From NCBI GenBank assembly GCA_002633005.1, contig NMRA01000433.1:1-64000 (forward strand): 64,000 nt of DNA, read 5' to 3'. The notes under the pieces are model-generated. The model did not search any database, was not told the DNA's origin, and worked only from the letters and a program-made list of their open reading frames with translations. Within the stretch, counting starts at the first letter, position 1. Each line of letters starts with the position of its first letter. Position numbers and translations under genes: made by a program. The DNA is from Phoronis australis. Lineage: Eukaryota > Animalia > Phoronida. This document shows, in pieces, positions 54,490 to 64,000 of the stretch.

Positions 54490-55690
54490 CTAATGCAAGG
54501 GAACTGAGTTTGAACTACCGGCGTTGAACTGAAATGTGGCTACATTTACATTATTTTTGAAGATATACACTCGATCTGCTCTTAAGCGACTGCATTGGCA
54601 CCTTTCACTAGCACCGCCGTGATAGAATTGCGTCGAGAACTTCTTCGACGAGGATGCAAAATGCATGGAGTTGCAGTCTCTCGTATTTAAAATCTCAAAT
54701 TTATTGGTGTTAAGAAAAGTTTCTCTCAAATGTTCAGATTGAACTTCCAACGTTTTCTTCGTTGTTCTGATGTGATGAATGTATGCACCAATTACTAAAA
54801 CAGTCTTGAGCACGTTCCTGTACATCGTGAACAAGTGAAGACCTCAGAGGCGGATCCACGATTTTGAATTAGGGGGGCAGGGCAGACTATTTGCCAGGAT
54901 TTTTCCCGTCAGACTTTCAAACTACCGTACAGCCAAATGGAATCTGGGAGATTTTAATGGGACCAAGACCCCTTTGTCCCCCGTAATCTCTCACTGGACC
55001 CGCCAAACGGTACAGGGGAATAAAATGGTGGAACTGCGATCTGCAATAACTTCAAAGATTTACCACATCACTCGGTAACCCAAACAATAAAATATTAGTT
55101 TAATGTGCTTGTGCAATTTCCTACAAATTGATAAATGAGCAATTATCGTTTGCAGATCTCGGAATGAAGCCATTACGATTACTAGTGTCACACCTGTGTT
55201 TGAGAATGTTTATATATATTTGTTTTCAATGATCAAATGTCCACCTCACACTCGTTCGGCGCACGACCGAAATACGCCTAAATTCAATAGCAAGTAACAA
55301 CGCCAGAACAAACGAATGCACCCAAGTCATGCGCATGTGCAGCGCGAGAATACAGGTGATATTCCAGATCTACATTTTTGTGGTGCAAACGTACCAACGG
55401 ACCTGCCACTGTAGGGCTATTCCTTGGAATCAATAGGCAATATAAAGAAAAAATAACAAAAAACATTTCGAGTACTTCAGAGACAAAGTCTGTGACAGGG
55501 GGCTCTCAATTTCATAGATCACGTTTAATGAAATCATGTCACGCCTTTCAATGTTTAATGTTTTTGCTGGTTCTATTGCCATGCATGAAAAAATGTTAAG
55601 TTTATTTTGAAAAAATGACATTGTGTTTATTCAATAATGTCCTACACCAATTTAATTTATTTCTAATTGAAAATATGTCAACAACATAAA
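54490..55690 (-). pseudogene. Decayed paralogue of the receptor's 5' end (upstream region plus start of exon 1)
   Basis: EVQSEHLRETFLNTNKFEILNTRDC versus receptor TVTSEHSQETFLTIYEFEIDNITEC. 55050-55690 is similar to 50520-51240 (shared cactcggtaacccaaaca). Confidence 0.7.
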
Positions 55691-56167
55691 TAGGCATCCT
55701 CCAGAAGATGGGTAGAGTTCAATAAGGTTAGTACCTCGCTAAAAAGCAAAACTTTGCCAGATTACGCGAGACATTTCTGTGTATTTTAGACGAGAACACC
55801 TGATTTTGGCAAGATTTAAACGATATCCTACATGGAGCTTTACTGAACACTACCATGCTATTGCAGGTAAGACTTTCTCAACAGGTACAGGTATAAAGAG
55901 GTGTTGTGCAAGGACGATTTAGCGTAGACAATTTGGATTTACTAGCCATTTCTAATGATTTTTCAAGTTAAATCATAACAGCACCCCTTTCATTTTGGAA
56001 AGGTTACTCTTCAGCCAGAGACTTGGAGTAATAAAATATTTAAACAGGGGCCGTCATTTTTATAGTATTTGGTTGCTTCCTTGAATACGATATTGTGTTG
56101 TTTTGAAAGAGAGACAGTCCCCTCAGCACCTGTTTCTTGAAGTTAGATGCTGAGCATCATGAATGTC

Positions 56168-56392
56168 TTATTTGATTACGTTTCTCCAGAGAATGCTTAG
56201 ATACTTTGGATTTCGTTGAGCCCGGGGCATTTTAAATTGGCATGCGGATGCACGCTCGTTGTCTCCGAGTATCATTTCCCGTAGTGTGGAGAAGGTCCCC
56301 CGTTTGCACTGGTACACATCCATTGGTTCTAAAGATCCTTTCGACCTGATAATGTCGTAGAGTTCATGGGTTTTGCGCAGGCTGTCGTCGAA
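56168..56392 (-). CDS. GHDC: GH3 domain-containing protein, last exon
   Basis: Acceptor ttctAG; FDDSLRKTHELYDIIRSKGSLEPM..KRGTFSTLRE...QFKMPR...VIK*; 225 nt, phase 0. Confidence 0.85.
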   Translation of the reverse strand, partial: FDDSLRKTHELYDIIRSKGSLEPMDVYQCKRGTFSTLREMILGDNERASACQFKMPRAQRNPKYLSILWRNVIK

Positions 56393-56801
56393 CTAGAAAT
56401 TACAGAACACTTGGTTGTTTAATCAGAAACCAGCGATACATTAGTTTAGACCAAGCGCAAATGCAGTAAATAGCACAATTAAGGTACCTCCGCCAACAAG
56501 AAGGCGCTAGGACATCATGGTGACTGCAAGGGGCCTACCAATGTAGATTGTTATTCAGCGGTGCCCCTGCCAGCCTCTAAGCGTCACAAGGCACTAAAAT
56601 ATCAAGATGCCGTAAAGCCTGGTATGTCTTTTGTTGGTGAATTTGCAATACAAAACACACACTGATAACGAAATATATTTGAAAATTGAGAGGAAGAGAT
56701 TAAAGTTACAGTGTACTTAAAGCGCACAAAACACCAAATTAAGTTCTATTCAAACGCAGACTGCACACTAGACAATAAACGTCAAATGGAACTACTCCTA
56801 C

Positions 56802-56893
56802 CATGGCCAGTTGCTGCTCTGTTAACACCGCTGCCTCTTCCAAGACTTCGATGAATAATTTATACCCTCTTTTGTTTGACGCAACACGAGTTC
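56802..56893 (-). CDS. GHDC: GH3 domain-containing protein, internal exon
   Basis: AG..GT, 92 nt, phase 1 to 0; GYKLFIEV...LTEQQLAM. Confidence 0.8.
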
Positions 56894-56959
56894 CTGAAAA
56901 TAAAGCAAGAATAACGTCCATCATAACCAAATCCGCTATTATCACACATCGACCTCATC

Positions 56960-57295
56960 GTCTACGCAGTCTTCTTCATGACTATCATTATAATTCCCAC
57001 CATCATCAACATCGAAATAATGAACACCATCATCAACACCATTATAGTCATCACCACCACCATATTAATCACCGTCATTTTCATCATCCTCATCATCGTT
57101 ATCAACATTATTGTTAACAACGTGGTCAACGTCATCATCGTTATCATCACAGACAAAATCTCCATCAATATTTCCATCATTCTCGCCATTCTAATCATCC
57201 CCACTGCCATCCTCATTATTATCATCATCAGTATTATCGTGATCATCCTCATCAGTGTCACCACCGATACCATCTACATGTATCAACATGTCATT
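56960..57295. repeat. Degenerate (CAT)n low-complexity tract in a GH3 intron
   Basis: Seen directly; it explains the His/Ile/Met-rich ORFs. Confidence 0.9.
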
Positions 57296-57339
57296 GCAAT
57301 TCTAGAAGTAGCTATCGCCGTTGAAGCCGAAAATGAGCC

Positions 57340-57700
57340 CCAGACAACGGCGAGATTAATGTATGCTGTGGGATGCGACAGGTATTTACACTTGTCAGAA
57401 GACCAGCACAGGAGCGAAGACTTCTTTCTCAGTACTGTCGAGAAGAATAGTAGCGATGGTTGCCAACGAGTATATCAATACCTCTGTGCACAAGGGCTGA
57501 GGGCCTGGATTATCAGGATATTCGCAATATACGAGTGCCATCAACCAACTGATCAGGGAAGCTGATGTGGCTAACTACGGAGACTTCAGGCCTTCAACCA
57601 TGGCAATCACGATGGGGTGTGGCTCGATCTAGCTAACGCACATGGATCCATTCCACATCAACTAAGCATGTGCAGAAAATGATCTAGAACTACTATTTAG
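57340..57700 (+). mobile_element. HERO/R2-group non-LTR reverse transcriptase fragment
   Basis: FSVLSRR..ANEYINTSVHKG*GPGLSG..QYTSAINQLIREA...VWLDLANAHGSIPHQL. Confidence 0.75.
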
Positions 57701-57916
57701 ACTTGTTCATCAAATTTACAATACCTAACTTCCGAAGGGAACTGTACACACACACACGCACACACACAAACACATACACACATACAGGAAGAACTGGAGA
57801 CTTGGGTCAAGGGCCTAGGAAGGAGTTCAGATGGACTTGAACCATTGACTTTAAGAACAGAAGAAGAACTCCCAGCCCATCCAACCTACGGGTATACTAT
57901 GTAAATTGACACGCAC

Positions 57917-58065
57917 CTTCCAAACCACTGCAATTAATGTTCTCCGTGGCAGCGAAGTCCCGCAGGCTGACTTTGTCTCCCCATGCACGTACGGTCATAT
58001 TGATAGCCTCCATGAATGAGCTCTCTGGAGTCTTCTCCCAAAAGGCATTCAACATTTGACCAATT
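57917..58065 (-). CDS. GHDC: GH3 domain-containing protein, internal exon
   Basis: AG..GT, 149 nt, phase 2 to 1; RIGQMLNAFWEKTPESSFMEAI..W..LRDFAATE. Confidence 0.85.
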
Positions 58066-59810
58066 CTGACGAAAACCAATAAAACTATTTAGCATCACAC
58101 ATATCACACCACACAACCCCAAGAAAAAAAACATTGTGATGCATGCTGTAACCCCCCTTCGTAAGGGGCACACGTTAACGTAGAAGGGCTATTGAATATA
58201 TTTTTGAGAGACATTTTTCAACAACGGTTTCATTGAAATTCACTCGTGTTTTAGTAAGAGTAGAAACCAGGGTATGACAGCATGTCTGCATTTCTGCTTA
58301 GAGTCGCCACGAAATAGATTATGAGAGAAGCTCACACGATAAGGACATACGATTGCGGTAGAGGCTTAGACGAACTCCAAATCATATGGATTGCGCACGA
58401 AATATTGAATAGTTACAGGAAAAGTTTGAGAAGGTCGCCTGATCTACCAGAAGCGCAGGCTTGCAGACACACTGTGAAAACAATGATTGAGACCCATGGC
58501 CAGCGGCGAGTTATCCCCCTGGGGTCTCACCTCGTAGCAACGGAGTTGATTTGAAATCTGTGTCCGAGGAGGGATCCTGCTCTGAAATTGTGGCGCGATA
58601 AAAAGTTGGGGGCAGGAGTGTAGACTGGAAACTTTAAAATCACGATATCAGATTGCCTAAGACATCTCAAAGCTTAGGTTCCCGAAAAAACTTAGGCCTA
58701 CTCCAGGACTGCCACTGACGTACGAATCGCGTCGTCATGGATTTACATGCATATACTAGTTGCGAGAAGTAAGTGTACATGTAGCACACTAGTGTATTGG
58801 AATAGGACAGTCGANCCACGAAATAGATTATGAGAGAAGCTCACACGATAAGGACAGACGATTGCGGTAGAGGCTTAGACGAACTCCAAATCACATGGAT
58901 TGCGCACGAAATATTGAATAGTTACAGGAAAAGTTTGAGAAGGTCGCCTGATCTACCAGAAGCGCAGGCTTGCAGACACACTGTGAAAACAATGATTGAG
59001 ACCCATGGCCAGCGGCGAGTTATCCCCCTGGAGTCTCACCTCGTAGCAACGGAGTTGATTTGAAATCTGTGTCCGAGGAGGGATCCTGCTCTGAAATTGT
59101 GGCGCGATAAAAAGTTGGGGGCAGGAGTGTAGACTGAAAACTTTAAAATCACGATATCAGATTGCCTAAGACATCTCAAAGCTTAGGTTCCCGAAAAAAC
59201 TTAGGCCTACTCAAGGACTGCCACTGACGTACGAATCGCCTCGTCATGGATTTACATGCATATACTAGTTGGGAGAAGTAAGTGTACATGTAGCACACAA
59301 GTGTATTGGAATAGGACAGCCGAACGTGAAAAGCACGGCTGGGTTGTACATGGTAGGAGTCCGTGTTATATCAGCACAGCAGGAATGTAAAACGTCAAAA
59401 ATACAGGGCGACAAAGACACACTAGATAACATTTAACGAGGCAATTCTGTCATCCTTAACCATGTAAGGTATGAGAAAAATTTCCGCCTTATTGAAACAA
59501 TAGAGAAAAATTTGTTGTGCGTTTCATTCGATTCTATTGTTGAAATAAGGCGGTAATTTAGCTTAAAGATACCGCCGTAGATGGTTTATGATGAGCGAAG
59601 TGCTGTGTAAATATGTAACATATCGGTAGAATACATGTACATCTCAGCTTTATCATCTGGATTGCTTATTTGTTGTCATATTGTCTTTGGTATACCTGCT
59701 GCGACATCTGACCACTGGCGATAGGCAAAGAGGACGACAATATAAAAACTGGTGATTAAAAGGGGAAAATAAAAGACAAGTGGCATGTTTGAAGACACTT
59801 GGTTGAAAGA

Positions 59811-59912
59811 AAAGGTGCTATAAATATCCGTGTAAGTATACACAAAAGGTGCTATAAATATCCGTGTAAGTATACACAAAAGGTGCTATAAATATCCGTG
59901 TAAGTATACACA
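59811..59912. repeat. 3 x 34 bp perfect tandem repeat
   Basis: aaaggtgctataaatatccgtgtaagtatacaca repeated three times. Confidence 0.95.
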
Positions 59913-60009
59913 AAACGGTAGATACCTGCTCACTCAAATAAGTATTCAGTGATTGCACATGTTAATTTTTACGTAACCTATAATAGTAAACAAAATATAA
60001 AACTCTTAC

Positions 60010-60137
60010 CGGTATTTAAACGTATATACAGGGACATCTTCGTCAAACTCCACTACTTGGATCACATCTCCGAGGCGGTATCGGTACAATCCAAAGACAG
60101 TAGTTATAACCATCTCATAACTCTTGCCAACCTCTAC
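60010..60137 (-). CDS. GHDC: GH3 domain-containing protein, internal exon (motif III)
   Basis: AG..GT, 128 nt, phase 0 to 2; VEVGKSYEMVITTVFGLYRYRLGDVIQVVEF..PVYTFKYR. Not in the ORF track. Confidence 0.9.
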
Positions 60138-60339
60138 CTAAACATGTAAAATGTTGGCGAATGAGAAACAGGGCCCGATGATCTAACATTTGCACTGTAA
60201 ATCCAACTGCAAATCATTTTTCACATTTTTCGCTCCACATTTGTGCGAACTCAAAACGAATGCTTATCATTCAGTGTTTGAGTATATTATGGCTTACGTA
60301 TGTGGGTTTCTTGTCTAAGGTCGCACTTGATGATCCATG

Positions 60340-60341
<2 letters not shown>

Positions 60342-60432
<91 letters not shown>
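60342..60432. repeat. (TG)n microsatellite
   Basis: Seen directly. Confidence 0.95.
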
Positions 60433-60435
<3 letters not shown>

Positions 60436-61960
60436 CAGTATACTGTATGTGTGTGGGCTACAATTTCGAGATTTCGACTTTGCAATATAACATAAAGCTT
60501 TAATGCTAGATCAAGCGCGAAGGAGGGTTAGATTGCCATCGCCATAAGTCACGATGCCTATAATCCTTATCTTGAATTTGTACCAAAATGTCAAAAACAA
60601 TTTCGTGTTCGATTTCGAATGTAAATATTATACCCGGGTCCTGGTCTCTCAGCACCAATACAACGGAGATGGCAACTACCACGAGGAACCAAACTCATAA
60701 AGTATCAGACAGGACACACTATCTGTGTTGAATTGACGGAGAGGTTTCCGCAAGACGGTGCCAACCCCATTCAGTCGCTGTACAGTATACTCATCCCAAG
60801 TTCACCAGGCATCCAAATTTGAAGGTGGGACGTTTTACGTGAGTTTTGGCACATAGATGGTATAGATTACACATAAAAGTAATGCTACATTTCAAAAAAG
60901 GCACTACACCACTGTTTCCATTTGTACACTATAGACTAATCAATTCTCCCTCTGCCATACAAGCAGAGTTGTCTCCCCTTTTGCTGGTACTGAACACCAA
61001 GTTCCACACAAAAGTAAGACATCAGTTCACCCGATACTTAGAAAATGACCAAGCAGGGAAAATATGTGATCCTATTATAGTCATAAACAGATCAATCGAT
61101 TCCTGAATTGAAATATCTCTCTGTAAAATATAAGGCTCCATGAATTGGATGGTTGCAATATTCTTCTTTCGGTTGGATTCAGATGTCAACCCTCACATGT
61201 GGCAACTATTCAATTTTGGACCTGAATTTAGTTTCCGATTCTCGTAGCTGTGAAACTTAATTCCGAAACTAAAACAATGCATTCTCGCAGTTGTGGTACC
61301 TTGACAATGCAGGAGGAGAGCAATTACCATTCTCTGCAAAACACTGCCACGCACAGCAAGCAATCTTACCCGACACGAAATACATATACCTGGGCATGGA
61401 ACACGAACAGCATTGTTCAGTACACGGCATCTGTGCAGTGTACGGTTGTGAAGGACAGCTTCGTGAATAAGGATTCTTCGGCTCAAGACAGGGTTCCGAC
61501 GTCATTGATTTTTGGTTTTGCGGCGAGTAGCACATATTCCACTTTTTATGTTCAACTACATGTGTGTGGTTCGTGGTGAGGGTCCAAATATACACCAGAA
61601 GTAATTTGGGATCTTTGCGATTTTTTCAAAATTTAATTAGTTCCTCAACCTCGAGATTCGTTAATTTCCTCGACCAGCCTTTTGGTGCCACGGTACCAAA
61701 TGCAGATCGTACATTTAAGTAATTTATATTGGTGGTTTAAAAATTGTCTACGTGCAAAGGCTGATTATATTAACATTTTCAAAAGAAAACAGCCTTTTTT
61801 CAAGAATGTACATAAGGAGAGCTCAATGATGCAGTGATCATCGACCAAAATATTAAAGCGCTTTTTACCTAATTCTCATCTCTTACCACACATACCAACA
61901 TTACCAATAACCAACTATGCATTGTTTTTTACATGCAGACGCAAGCATACCAACTCGTAC

Positions 61961-63183
61961 CTGTTGTGGCAACAATGTTGACGGCTGGTCTTCCCCTAAG
62001 TCTTCCTCCGGTATGAACTCAAAGAACACACCTGTTGACGCCAAGGCATAACGTATGGTTTGATCTGCAGGCCAGTAATTGTAACCAAACTTGCCCTCTG
62101 TGGACGCGTGATAAAGACTGTAAACTGGAACGTCCCCAAAATAAAAGGCCAGGATATCGGCATAATAACTAAATGAACCGGACAACGTACACGAAATACA
62201 CTTTGCTCTGGGCCAAACGCGACCTACGATTGCCTGCATTCCTTTCCTAAACTCAATTCTGAGCTCCTCGGCCCTCTCCAGATTCGGTTTCAACAGCGAT
62301 TCAAGTTGCCTTCGTTCGCCTGGATCAATGTTAATGTCATTGCTGATCAAACCGCTCGCGATATCGTCACAAATGCTCTGCCATTCGTCTTCGAGAGTTA
62401 CGTAAAAAACATATGCGCTAGACGCAAGACTATGGATGATAGTAGATATGGGCTCCTGCAAGCAAAATATGGCGGAGACATAATAGAACTCGCGTTCCGT
62501 ATAGCTGGTAAGTCTTCTGGGTGAGAACACTGTCTTTGGAGGGGTGGTACAAATTGCAGGTTCGTTTCCCAAAGCCATAGCGAGAATAGTTCCCGTTTCG
62601 ATGCCACGTTCGGTTTTCTTGTAATTAGGAACGGGAACGAGTAGAGCAAACCCTTCTAAAGGAAAGTTCATAGGGGAATAATTCTTAAATAACTTCGCTG
62701 CAAACTGCAATGATTGAATTGCGGCATATTTCGAGGCTATCAGTTTATAATTACACGGATAGACCTTATTCTTGCCGGATGTACCCGACGTCCACGCAAA
62801 ATAATCAACAGGATACTTAGCATTAAACATGACGTTGGTTTCACCGTTTAAACACCTTTCGACATACGGCCTATAGTGCTCGTATGACGTAAGAGGATGT
62901 CGTGAGCGAAACTCCTCTACTGTCGTGACGTCTGCAAGATTATGATACACATTGTATTGTGACTTCGAGTTCAGGTTCAGACACCACAATAACCATTTCT
63001 CTTGGTATTTTGCAATGCTGCTTTTCCCGATTATGAAGGGCAGTAGACGGATTGCCAAAGCAGACAATGAAAAATATGTCCACAAACCTATTAATTCTAA
63101 GCACGATCGTGAATCGCTCGGATGGCGTTGTGCTACATCCAAACATATCCATCCGCACAGCAACAAAACAGCTATCAGCAAGG
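61961..63183 (-). CDS. GHDC: GH3 domain-containing protein (acyl-acid amido synthetase family), large exon
   Basis: FRSRHPLTSYEHYRPYVER, motif I TSGTSGKNK, motif II YHASTEG, VFFEFIP. Donor CAG|GTACGA at 61960, likely acceptor ttttggttttcAG at 63185-63184. True start not resolved. Confidence 0.9.
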
Positions 63184-63472
63184 CTGAAAACCAAAAAAAA
63201 TAAATTATCACAAAAATTCCGGCATCTCGGCAACAACTTTAAGTTTAGATTACTTTGTTTCATCTCTTTCATTTGCGTATGTCATTTATTGGAATGGAAA
63301 AACAGCTTTCGACAATCGACTTTCAGGGAATTACTACTTCTAGAGCAGAATTTAGTATATAATTAATTTTACCAGGCAGAATTGTTTACTAGTGTGTTCA
63401 CATTCATAGTTCGGATGCCAATACAATACAATCGTGCAACGTCCTTTTAAGACGTGTATGTCCAACCAAGTT

Positions 63473-63612
63473 GCGATTACTTGAGTGGTTTGAGCTCCGG
63501 ACTCCCGTTTCGGAGATCCAGGTTCAAATCCTGGTATTACTGGCTGACAATCGAGCATTGCGCAAAGGTGTCTTCTACTCCACTGAGTTCGGTCTTACTA
63601 GTGAATGTATGC
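63473..63612 (+). mobile_element. tRNA-derived SINE
   Basis: A-box-like TGAGTGGTT, stem tccgga..tcgga, B box CCAGGTTCAAATCCTGG, followed by a non-tRNA body. Confidence 0.55.
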
Positions 63613-64000
63613 AAAAGCAATGAATGAAAACTTGGGGCCGCATACCTTGGGTTCCAAGATATAACAATTGTCAATGTCTCCCTTATAAAATCAATGTGGT
63701 CTATGGTTTGTTCTGTTACGGCAGCGCCAATGAAAACAGATAATTTGAATTAAAGACGCTGCAGACTATTTTGGCGAACATCCGACGACTTTAATTCACA
63801 TATCATTTGTTCTTACAAAGGGGATTTTTCCTTAAACCAATACCAATTGCCAGTATTGTCATGGCAACAGAAACTAATCCAAATAGCTACATGTAATCAT
63901 TGACCTGGTATGAAGCAATCAAGTGACCTGTGACTTGTTCTCGAGCACAGAAACAATTTCCAGCCTGAGGCGGAAAAATGAGATTCAGTAGTACATGTAG

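Noticed and set aside
53795-54577. Near-identical ~390 bp tandem duplication (twin 69-aa ORFs)
   Set aside because: The copies meet at a single n (54189), so this is most likely an overlapping-contig or haplotype artefact.
56300-56320. Apparent frameshift in the last GH3 exon
   Set aside because: Recounting the five-C run shows the frame is intact (YQCKRGTF).
56803-57565. His-, Met- and Ile-rich ORFs
   Set aside because: Translations of a (CAT)n tract and an out-of-frame RT relic.
58307-59320. Near-identical ~510 bp tandem duplication (twin 77-aa ORFs)
   Set aside because: Joined at a single n (58815); likely assembly artefact. The ORFs are intronic and antisense to GH3.
59811-59912. 34-bp repeats of CRISPR-like length
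   Set aside because: No spacers, no cas genes, eukaryotic intron.
61193-61595. Three overlapping ~100-aa ORFs in a GH3 intron
   Set aside because: No convincing motif; at most a decayed LINE 3' end.

Overview
AT-rich, repeat-rich, intron-containing animal DNA, most consistent with a marine invertebrate draft assembly (N gaps, single-n contig joins). I can support three protein-coding genes. (1) A single coding exon for a 173-aa fusion of a TRIM-type RING finger and a C-terminal 76-aa ubiquitin-like domain ending in a free di-glycine (19223-19744, +). It is preceded by a duplicated non-coding block carrying IRF/ISRE-like and kB-like motifs. (2) A two-exon, about 1911-aa GRL101-like receptor (CUB, C-type lectin, LDLa, LRR, 7TM; 50483-47005 joined to 35866-33610, -), with a decayed paralogous 5' fragment upstream. 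(3) A GH3-domain gene with at least five exons (63183-56168, -) that keeps all three adenylation motifs. The rest is largely nested mobile DNA: a solo LTR, MITEs, ISL2EU/Harbinger, Academ-like, HERO, CR1-like and DIRS-like remnants, and four copies of an unusual hairpin-terminated element with an internal tRNA-like Pol III cassette. The best candidate for a new system is the RING-UBL-GG protein, which could be a conjugatable, immune-inducible E3/modifier. All calls were made by eye; no searches were run.
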